From the NCBI GenBank assembly GCA_030390025.1, contig JASTWF010000036.1, forward strand, positions 1,860,001-1,924,000: a stretch of DNA of 64,000 nucleotides, given 5' to 3'. This stretch comes from Squalus acanthias. Taxonomy: Eukaryota. Both the position numbers and the translations under genes were made by a program. Under the pieces are notes generated by a model. That model ran no database searches, had not been told where the DNA came from, and worked only from the letters and a program-made list of their open reading frames with translations. Numbering within the stretch: position 1 is the first letter of the stretch; every line of letters starts with the position of its first letter. Shown here piece after piece: positions 50,490 to 64,000 of the stretch.

Positions 50490-51253
50490 TGGTTAGGTCC
50501 CGGCTGGAGAATTGTGTCCAATTCTGGGCACCGCACTTTAGGAAGGATGTCAAGGCCTTGGAGAGGGTGCGGAAGAGATTGACCAGAATGGTACCAGGGG
50601 ATGAGGGACTTCAGTGAGGTGGAGAGACTGGAGAAGCTGGGGTCGTTCTCCTTAGAGCAGAGAAGGTTAAGGGGGAGATTGACCAGAATGGTACCAGGGG
50701 ATGAGGGACTTCAGTTATGCGGAGAGACTGGAGAAGCTGGGGTTGTTCTCCTTGGAGCAGAGAAGGTTAAGGGGGAGATTGACCAGAATGGTACCAGGGG
50801 ATGAGGGACTTCAGTTATGCGGAGAGACTGGAGAAGCTGGGATCATTCTCCTTGGAGCAGAGAAGGTTAAGAGGAGATTTGACAGAGGTGTTCAAAATCG
50901 TGATGGGTTTTGATAGAATAAATAAGGAGAAACTGTTTCCAGTGGCAGAAGGGTCGGTAACCAGAGGACACAGATTTAAGGTGATTGGCAAAAGAACCAG
51001 AGGCGACATGAGGGAAAAAAATTACGTAGCGAGTTGTTGTGATCTGGAACGCGCTGCCTGAAAGGACAGCGGAAGTGGATTCAATATTAAATTTCAAAAG
51101 GGAATTGGATAAATACTTGAAGGGAAAAAACTTTACAGGGCTACGGGGGAAAGAGCAGAGGAGTGGGATTAATTAGATAGCTCTACCAAAGAGCCGGCAC
51201 AGGCACAACGGGCCGAATGGCCTCCTTCTGTGCTATCTCATTCTATGATTCTA
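50490..51253 (+). mobile_element. CR1 3' fragment with internal 100-bp tandem triplication
   Basis: GAGATTGACCAGAATGGTACCAGGGG starts at 50575, 50675 and 50775; normal CR1 sequence follows. Confidence 0.92.
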
Positions 51254-51437
51254 ATCCCAGGAGCACCCATGAGCTGGATAGACAGGTGCTGCTCACAAAC
51301 AGAAACAGGTGAACCTTAATATTTATTTCTAAAGGGCAAAAATACACCTGATGGTGTCTTGAGTCTGAGCCTCTCGAGATGATGCTCCAACTGCACAGGT
51401 ATAGCACTTCTGTTACACCAGTCTTCCGAGCTCCAAG

Positions 51438-51846
51438 TGTCAGCTTGGCTCACCTTCATCTCGGAGTTAGGAGGTTGTGGGTTCAAGCCCCACTCCAGGA
51501 TTCGAGCAATCTTGGCTTGTATTTCAGTGAGAGAGCGCTGCACTGTCAGAGATGTTGCCTTTTAGCTAAGACATTAAACCGAGGCCCTGTCTGCCTGTTG
51601 CAATGGATGTTCAAGACTTCACGGAGCTATTCAAAGAAAATCAGGCCGTTCTCCCAATGTCCTGGCCTAAATTCTGCCCACCATCCAGCCTCACCAAAAA
51701 CAATTAACCTGTCATTCAACTTGTAGCTGCTGCGTTTCCTATATTACAACAATGACTGCACTTCAAATGTACTTCATTGACTCTAAAGTGCTTTGGGATG
51801 TCCTGAGATTGTGAAAGGCGCTATATAAATGCAAGTTCTTTCTTTC
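51438..51846 (+). mobile_element. Diverged tRNA-head Deu-like SINE
   Basis: GGTTCAAGCCCCACTCCAG B-box, TTAAACCGAGG core and GCGCTATATAAATGCAAG tail. Confidence 0.75.
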
Positions 51847-52458
51847 ATTGTGTATGCCTGTGCTAGGACGATTGCTGAGTGATAGCCCCTCACTATCCCT
51901 TCACCCCAAAGTCTGAACTATTTTTTTCTTCTCCTCCTCCCCCCCGCCCCCCCACCCCCCCGGCAAGTTCCTCCCCTCTTCTCCTCAATGCGTTAACTTG
52001 TGCTGTGGTATGGGTTCCACTGGGTCTTTATTTCTTCTTTCTTATTGCTGTCTCTGGTCTTGCTGCACCCAAAATGGCTGCCAAGTTTGCCGAAAAAGCA
52101 AAGCCGCTGCACTTCAAGGCAATTTATCACACGTGAAGCACTTTGAGACGTCACTGAGACAGCTGATGAGGCACTTTGGGTAGACTTTATGAACCAGCTC
52201 TCCTGGCACAGCGCTTTGTGTGATGGGACCACGATGCTCCATGCAGCAGAGGGCTAATTCATAAAATCTCCCCCTGCATAAATGCAAGTCTCTTTCCTCT
52301 TTCTTGCAGCGCTGCATAATAATCTTCATTCTCTTCTCTTCCCGCTCCCGCATTGTTACCTCTGGAATCCCCCAGGGATCTATCCTTGGCCCCCTCCTAT
52401 TTCTGATCTACATGCTCCCCTCGGCGACATCATCAGAAGGCAAGGTCAAGTTCCACAT

Positions 52459-53014
52459 GACAGATAGACAGACAGACAGATAGACAGACAGAGAGAGACA
52501 GATAGATAGATAGACAGACAGAGACAGATAGATAGACAGATAGATAGACAGACAGAGACAGATAGATAGACAGACAGATAGACAGAGACAGATAGATAGA
52601 CAGATAGAGACAGATAGATAGACAGATAGATAGACAGATAGATAGACAGACAGATAGACAGATAGATAGACAGATAGATAGACAGACAGACAGAGACAGA
52701 TAGATAGACAGATAGATAGACAGACAGATAGACAGATAGATAGACAGACAGAGACAGATAGATAGACAGACAGATAGACAGAGACAGATAGATAGACAAA
52801 GACAGACAGACAGATAGAGACAGATAGATAGACAGATAGATAGACAAATAGACAGACAGATAGATAGACAAATAGACAGACAGATAGAGAGACAGATAGA
52901 GAGACAGACAGACAGATAGACCGTCAGACAGACAGCGACAGATAGACAGACAGCGACAGATAGACAGACAGCGACAGACAGACAGACAGACAGACAGATA
53001 GATAGATAGATAGA
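52459..53014. repeat. (GATA/GACA)n compound microsatellite
   Basis: Direct inspection. It follows a short L2 RT fragment (about 52365-52457, PQGSILGPLLFLIYMLPLGDIIR). Confidence 0.97.
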
Positions 53015-53424
53015 TGGCGCTTCGCATCCAATGAAATACTTGAAGTGAATTCTTCTTGTTCTGTAGGCAAATATGGCAGCCATTTTGCCTGCAGTTCACT
53101 ATGGGTTGCAAAACTGTAAGCTTGTGTAAAGAAAAGTGTGTTTAAGTAGCAAACAGAAGAAATCTTTCCCCCAGAGAAATTCAATGACATATTGGCACAT
53201 TTATCTTAACTAACTCCTTAGATTGAAGGGTTACACCTGATTGGAAGAAAATCTATCCTGTGTGACAAAATCAATTTCATAATTGCAAAGTATGAGTTGT
53301 GTAGCCTGTGCAAAATAAGTGATATGGATTCCCATTTTTATTTCAAATAATCTTCAATCCAAAGTATAATATAAGATTCCATTTGTTGAGTGTGCTGTGG
53401 TGTTAACCAATCTTGACTGGAGCA

Positions 53425-54020
53425 GCCGTGGAGCTAGAGTTAGCTTCTAACTAGGGAGAGGAGAAAATCAGCCAGCGTTCCCGCTCCTGATCGTTATTCA
53501 GTGACCTTTGCTGGAAATGTGTGTGAGGAGATTGGGTGAAGACAGGATTAGCTGTGCTATGGCCTACTCGTGCTCCTATTTCTTATGTTCTTACGGGAAA
53601 GTGGAGTTGAGGTAGAAGATCAGCCATGATCTCATTGAATGGCGGAGCAGGCTCGAGGGGCCGTATGGCCGACTCCTGCTCCTAATTCTTATGTTCTTAT
53701 GAAGTATCAGAGAGTTGCCCTCCTCCCCTCCATGCTCCTGAAGTAGGAAGGGGGGGGAAAAAAATCAGCCAGGGTTCCCGCTTCTGATCGCTAGCCAGTA
53801 ACTCCTACTGGAATGGGCGTGGGTGAGAACAGTATCGGGCCAAGATGCGACACCCTTCAGAGTCAAATAGCTTGCTGACGCCCGCTGTCCAGGCTCCCAC
53901 CTGAGGAAGGGCCATTTCAGCTGAGGTGCCAGAGGGTGGCTGGGACCAGTGGAATCGAATACCAGCAAAACTCACTCCCTTCAGTAGAAGAAGGGAAGCA
54001 ATTGAGGAAAAACAAAAAAA
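53425..54020 (+). mobile_element. Two partial family-3 SINE-like copies separated by two tandem CR1 3' tails (53560-53701)
   Basis: AAAATCAGCCAG.GTTCCCGCT.CTGATCG occurs at about 53464 and 53761. TTCTTATGTTCTTA occurs twice in between. Confidence 0.6.
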
Positions 54021-54377
54021 CTGACAGTAATCTATGAACTGCAAAGTTAAATTGTTTTCCTCCACTATTTGTACAAGAACATCGTCTAACAATATTAATA
54101 CTTTGCACTATTAGATAGACTAACTGCTGTATCCCACTCATTAAAGGTGGTAAACTTGCAAGAATTATATGATAACGTCCGCATGTTAATCCTTCATCGC
54201 ACATCAACTACATCTGGTGTACTGACAATCGCTACACTCAATGTCACTCACTTCTGTTTTTACAACAATAAAATTAATCCAAAACAGAATCAAACTGTCT
54301 GGAGGCTCCTGTCACTTCAGTTTTACAAGTTTTTCAAAATGACCAGCAGCACATTAATAACTCCACAGCATATTAAG

Positions 54378-54710
54378 ACCCTATCTCTGTGACCTCCTCC
54401 AGCCCTACAACCCTCCGAGATCTCGGCGCTCCTCCTATTCTGGCCTCTTGCGCATCCCTGATTTTAATCGCTCCACCATTGGCGGCCGCGCCTTCAGCTG
54501 CCTAGACCCTAAGCTCTGGGATTCCCTCCCTAAACCTCTCCGCCTCTCTCTCTCTTTCCTCCTTTAAGACACCCCTTAAAACCTACCTCTTTCCTGCCCT
54601 AATATCTCCTTATGTGGCTCGGTGTCAAATTCTGTTTGATAACGCTCATGAAGTACCTTGGGACGTTTTACTACGTTAAAGGCGCTAGATAAATTCAAGT
54701 TGTTGTTGAA
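54378..54710 (+). mobile_element. L2 3' end
   Basis: GGRAFSCLDPKLWDSLP; tail GGCGCTAGATAAATTCAAGTTGTTGTTG. Confidence 0.85.
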
Positions 54711-54795
54711 ATGCAGTCAGCATATATATAAGAACATTCTGCACATAGCCCTTATGAATGCTTAGATCTCCTGGGTTCACAGCAAGGTCATCATT

Positions 54796-55539
54796 GGGCC
54801 AAAAATTGATCCCGCTGCGCGAGAGTACGCACTGTGTACTCTCGCGTATTCTCTCTCCAATTGCCGGTTTTCTGCATGCACTGCGCATGCGCTGAAAACC
54901 GGCACTTGGTCTTTGGAAAAGGGGGCGGTTCCTCGGTGCACCGCGTGCGCGCTACAGGCTGCGCGCACGCTGTGCACTTAGTGCTTTGGACGCGCAGGTA
55001 AGGACGGAAGATTTTAGAAACGAAAAAAGGAGGAGTAAGACCCACTTTTAACAAGGTAAGTAGTGAATTAAGTATTATTTTGAATTTTTTTTAACAGGTA
55101 TATCTTTTTTAGAGACTTTAAAGACAGGTAAGTTTATTTTTATAACTTTTTAAAATATTTTAAATTTTTTCAAAAATTTAATTTTTTATTTAAAATGGTT
55201 AATTTATTTAACTATACTTATTTTATTAATGTGATGGTTTTTTTTTTAAATTTAATTGAGGTTTAGCTGTTATTTTGGGGGGGTGTAAGATTCATAGCTT
55301 TCACAGCACGTATGTGAAACTTATGAATGGAAGATGGTGTGCTGCCATTGGCTCTAACTGAGTCACGTGATCCCACAGCTCGCACGAATTCACTACGCCG
55401 GTGGGATACGCAAGCACTGCCCAGCTGATGTCTAGAACATCAAGTTCGTGCGAGCTGGATCTGAAAAAGCCAACGCGGAGTGAGAGATCGCGCCTGCTCC
55501 TTACCCCCGCGGGAACAGAGCGAGATCAATTTCTGGGCC
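54796..55539 (-). mobile_element. Non-autonomous PIF/Harbinger-like MITE, family X copy 2 (inverted relative to copy 1)
   Basis: Same TIRs as 9868-10581 with ATT TSD (54793-54795, 55540-55542). It carries about 30 extra bases near one end. Confidence 0.9.
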
Positions 55540-56613
55540 ATTGTTTTCTTGCACTAACTCCACCCCGCTCCCATCAGCTCCCCATGAACTCCAAGCGAAT
55601 AATTCTAAGGTATAACCTTGGAATTATTTCAGGGTTTTAATCTGAGTCCAAAATTCAGACGATGGTTAGAAACAACTCAGACAGCTCATGGAATTATTCA
55701 TACCTCACAATGCAATTACAACTTTGCTGTCACTCCCAGGTATTCATTATTCCACATGCAAACCATCTGGACCTGGAGATGAGATTACTGCCTTGCAATC
55801 ACTCTCCTATATCTATTATTCTGCAAATACGCTATTTTGTATTTTCAGAACCATCCCTAAACTCGAGACCACTATTAACAGCAATTTATAGTGTCACTTA
55901 AGGATTATGTTGCGTGTTTTTTTGAGGAGGTAACTAAAGTGGTAGTTAAGGGAGTGTCTATGGATATTATTTATATCGACTTCCACAAGGCATTCGATAA
56001 GGTTCCACACAGGAGACCGTTAACAAAAATGAGAGTGCGTGGAATTGGGGGCAACCTAGTGACATGTGGAGGGAATTGGTTAGAAGGTAGGAGACAGAGA
56101 GTAGGGATAATGGGTATCTACTCCAATTAACTAGAATCGACCAGTGGTATCCCCAGGGTTCTGTGCTGGGGCTTCAGCATTTCACTACATTTATTAGTGA
56201 CTAAGATGAAGGAATAGAGAGACGTATATCCAAGTTTGCTGATGACACGAAGTGAGGTGGCCCGGTAAATAGTGTAGATGGGAGCAGAAAGTTGCAAAGG
56301 GGCATTGATAGATTAAGTGAGTGGGCAAAACTGTGGCAGATGGAGTTCAGTGTGGGAAAGTGTGAGGTCATTCTCTTTGGACCCAAGAAAGATAGATCAG
56401 AGTAATTTCTAAATAGTGAGAAGCAGGAACTGTGGAGGAACCGAGAGATTCATGGGTCCGTGTACAGAAATCACTAAAAGCTAGTGGACAGGTACAAAAA
56501 ATAATTGAAAAGGCCAATGGAATGTTGGCCTTTCTCAAGGGGGCTGGAATACAGAGGGGTAGAAGTTACGCTACAGTTATATGAAGCTCTGGTTAGACCC
56601 CACCTGGAGTACT

Positions 56614-57377
56614 GGGCCAGAAATTCGGCTCTCCGGCTTCCTGCGGGTGCAAGCATCGCGCGCGTACTTGCCTACCGCGCCTGCAGTTGTGCTTTGGGCC
56701 CACGAGGACTTCGGGTCCTGGGCCTCCTCCAGCTGCCGGCGCGCAGTGCTTGCGTATCCCAGGGGCGCAGTTAGTTCGAAGCGTCCCCTGGGATCACGTG
56801 GGCCATGGAGAGCCAATCCTAGCAGGGAATTTTCATTCATAGATTTGACAGGAAGACCTGTCAAATCTATGAATAGAGATCAGGCCCCAAAACCTCACTA
56901 AAACTTCAAATAATTTTTTTTTTTAATCACATTTTTAAAATAACTATAAGTTAAATAAATTAACTACTTTAAACAAAAATTTAAATTTTTGAAAAAATTA
57001 ATTATACTTTGTAACGGTGCTAAAAATAAACTTACCTTTCTTTAAAGTATCTAAAAAAGATAAACCTGTTGAAAAATTTTTTTAATTGTAATTAATTAAC
57101 CACTTACCTTGTTAAAAGCAGGCCTTGCGCCTCCTTTTTAAATGTGCAGCTTCTCCATACTTACCTTCCCGGAAAAACCTGAAAAAAAAATCAAAGTTCG
57201 CTGCATGCGCGCAGCCTCTCCGGCACACGCGTTCGACCTCTGAACCCCTCCCTTCAGGGGAACGGAAGTTCCGGTTTCCCACGCATGCGCAGTGCATGCA
57301 GGAAACCGGCACTTCAGGTGGCCTTACGGGGGAGTACACAGCACGTACTCACCCGACAACAGCCGAATTTCTGGTCC
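56614..57377 (+). mobile_element. PIF/Harbinger-like MITE, diverged relative of family X
   Basis: TIRs GGGCCAGAAATTCGGCT / GGACCAGAAATTCGGCT; flanks ACT/ATT. Shares GCAGTGCTTGCGTATCCC, GGGATCACGTG, AAATAAACTTACCT and CTTACCTTGTTAAAAG with copy 1. Confidence 0.85.
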
Positions 57378-57395
57378 ATTGTGTTTAGTTTTGGC

Positions 57396-57558
57396 CAATG
57401 TTCCCTTTAAGCCACACAGCCGTGCAGCTGTCTGGAGCTCCCGCGCAGGCCGCTTGCCCGCTTTACAATCGGAAAAACCGCGCATGCCCGGGAATTTGAA
57501 TGGGCCGTGCCACCCGTTAAAGGGGTGGCGCACCCAAAAAAAATTTAAGGGAACTTTG
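57396..57558. mobile_element. hAT-like MITE (CAATGTTCCC TIR family)
   Basis: Reverse-oriented relative of 3406-3569. Confidence 0.75.
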
Positions 57559-57799
57559 TTTCCGGCTCCGCCCCTCAGGAAGGAAGTATTGACCTTGGAG
57601 GGGGGGGGGGCAGCGCAGATTCACCAGAATGATACCGGGGCTAGAAGGGTTAAATTATAAGGACAGGTTGCATAGACTAGGCTGTTATACCTTTGAGTAT
57701 AGAAGATTAAGGAGGTGATCTAATTGAGGTGTATAAGATGATTAAAGGATATGATAGGGTAGATCGAGAGAAACTATTTCCAGAACAAGGGGTCATAAG

Positions 57800-57871
57800 C
57801 AACGGCCCCCGTAAGCCTCACTGCCTCCCTTGCAGATGACCACGCGACCACACAGCTTAGCGGGAACATTG
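57800..57871. mobile_element. 72-bp minimal hAT-like MITE with 8-bp TSD
   Basis: Flanked by GTCATAAG / GTCATAAC. Ends are CAACGGCCCCCGTAAGC and GCTTAGCGGGAACATTG. It interrupts the CR1 TRGH codons. Confidence 0.7.
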
Positions 57872-58702
57872 GTCATAACCTTAAAATTAGAGCCAGGCCG
57901 TTCAGGGGTGATGTCAGGAAGCACTTCTTCACACAAAGGGTGGTGGAAATCTGGAACTCTCTCCTTCAAAAAGCTGTTGAGGCCGGGGGTCAATTGAAAA
58001 ATTTCAAAACTGAGATTGATTTTTTTTGTTAGGCAAGGGTATTAAGGGATATGGAACCAAGGCGGGTAGATGGAGTTAAGATACAGACCAGCTATGATCT
58101 CATTGAATGGCGGAACAGGCTCAAGGGGCTAAAGGGCCTCCTCCTGTTCCTATGATAAAGATCGAATAGATACTTTAATACAGATGGATGTTGCATTGGA
58201 AATGTCACTTATGCCAAAAATGCATTGTTATCATGTAGATAATGAGAGGTAAAGGGACTCAGAACCAAGCACCAGGTTTCTTTAAAAGAATGCAAGACTA
58301 TTATAGGAAACAACAATCTAAAAATATCAACTGCACGACAGTGGCTTTTGTGAACGGATAATAGACTGCAGTCGAACTGATACTCGGGATTTATAATTGC
58401 TTTTCAGAATTGCCAACCCAGAGTAATGTTGCGCCTTGATTTTATTTGAAATGCATATAATTGTTTGTGCAACGTGTGACCTGTAATGCAAGACTAATGT
58501 AACATTGCCTCTGAATCCACATCAGCCGAAATCATTAAGGGTTTGGTAAGAACACATATTTCACAAGAACACACGACCTTGCTATGCTGACCTTGGTCTG
58601 GCAAGGTAGAAGTATTCTGGTACACAAACGCTGTTTAAAATTCCATTTTAGCTCACAGGATGCAATTAAATGGCTGAGTGCATGTTGATTTCTCCTTTCT
58701 GA

Positions 58703-62832
<4,130 letters not shown>

Positions 62833-62899
62833 GATAAATGCAACAAGATAAATGGAATGCTCTATGACGAGCAAACAACTGGTAAATGAAGGTCTCTGT

Positions 62900-63460
62900 G
62901 GGACATAGGCAGCTTGAGGCATAGCCCCCAAAGGTGGAGTGAAGGGAGGGGGGATACACAAAAGGCCAGAGTCCGAGGAATGGAGAGTTTGGTGGTGGGG
63001 GGTGGTGGGGCGGTGGTGCAGGGGAGGGTTGGAGGGTTGGGGGAGGTTAGAGATAGGGAGGGGTGAGGCCATGGAGGGATTTAAACACAAGGATGTGAAT
63101 TTTAAATTGGAGGCGTTTCTGGAACGGGAGCCAATGTAGGTCAGCAATGACAGGGGATGATGGGTGAGCGGGACTTGGTGCGAGTTAGGACACGGGCAGC
63201 AGAGTTTTGGATGTTTACAAAGAGTGGGAGGCTGGCCAGGAGAGCAACGGGATAGTTGAGTCTGGAGGTGACAAAGGGTTTCATCAGCAGATGAGCTGAG
63301 GCAGGGGCGGAGGCGGATGATGTTATGGAGGTGGAAGTAGGCGATCTTGGTGATGGAGAGGATATGGGGTCGGAAGCTCAGCTTGAGGTCGAATAGGACG
63401 CTGAGGTTGCAGACTGTCTGGTTCAACCCGCGACAGTGGCCAGGGAGGGGGATGGAATGG
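62900..63460 (-). mobile_element. L2-clade LINE fragment
   Basis: Minus [53 protein letters not shown]. Confidence 0.85.
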
Positions 63461-64000
63461 ATGACTCGGAATCATACTTCCTTCTGGCTTCTCACGGAGC
63501 AGCGCTGATGATGGTTGTGAAGGAGTACACAGCCCGCAACAGTCTGTTTACTCAGCTAGAGAAGTGTGGTGGTGAGCGGCAGCTGTGAGTGGTGAAATAA
63601 ATCGGATCAAAATGAGGGGGGAGGCGAAACTAATCCAAATTAAAAATGAAGCGTATATTTTGCTGCAGGAACACAGAGTGACTGCTACCACCTTCAAAAG
63701 CCTGTCCTTAACCAGTTTATTAGCTGTTAGGGTATTCTCACCACATAACATACAGACCTTCGACAACATGCCAGTTCTGTTGAAGTATTTACAAACTGAC
63801 ACAGAAATCACTTGAGCTTTGATGTTTCTCTTATAACCTTGCCTGCACCCTCTCCAACCCAACAGTTCTATAAAATGATTCAAACACTGACTTTTACCTC
63901 AGAGACTGTGGTTTGAATGCAGTCCAGACAGTTAAGACGACAGGCTCCTGTAATAACTATAAGAGCCCGAAGTGAAATAAGTTTGTATTGTCTCAAATCC

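Larger units (their letters stand above)
55915..58155 (+). mobile_element. CR1 RT/3' fragment interrupted by three MITEs
   Basis: FFEEVTK...IYIDFHKAFDKVPH, SKFADDT and [12 protein letters not shown] motifs, then a 3' UTR ending TTCCTATG. Confidence 0.88.

Noticed and set aside
52433..53111. LSIC/LSIY repeat ORFs
   Set aside because: Translation of the (GATA/GACA)n microsatellite.

Overview
Vertebrate genomic DNA, most likely a cartilaginous fish (shark). This is an inference from the repeat landscape: abundant CR1-clade LINEs, tRNA-head/Deu-domain SINEs, L2 fragments and PIF/Harbinger elements. The window lies inside one + strand gene, an acid-sensing ion channel of the ASIC1 type. Five internal coding exons were found: 4487-4614, 8488-8638, 29832-29888, 44070-44223 and 58768-58859. 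They total 582 nt, splice in frame through GT-AG introns of about 3.9, 21.2, 14.2 and 14.5 kb, and encode most of the distal extracellular domain up to the start of TM2. The 5' and 3' exons lie outside the window. The introns contain a near-full-length decayed CR1, many CR1 and L2 3' fragments, SINEs, two or three decayed autonomous Harbinger elements, several MITE families with clean TIRs/TSDs, Penelope-like fragments with hammerhead-ribozyme-like cores, and micro/minisatellites. Nearly all ORFs in the supplied track are repeat-derived or spurious. I found no prokaryotic-type system such as CRISPR. The best leads are: (1) a near-identical inverted MITE pair bracketing two ASIC exons; (2) a cluster of sense-strand splice donors and a possible in-frame 30-nt cryptic exon inside one MITE; (3) a 102-bp hammerhead-like insertion with an 11-bp TSD; (4) unusual ASIC1 substitutions.
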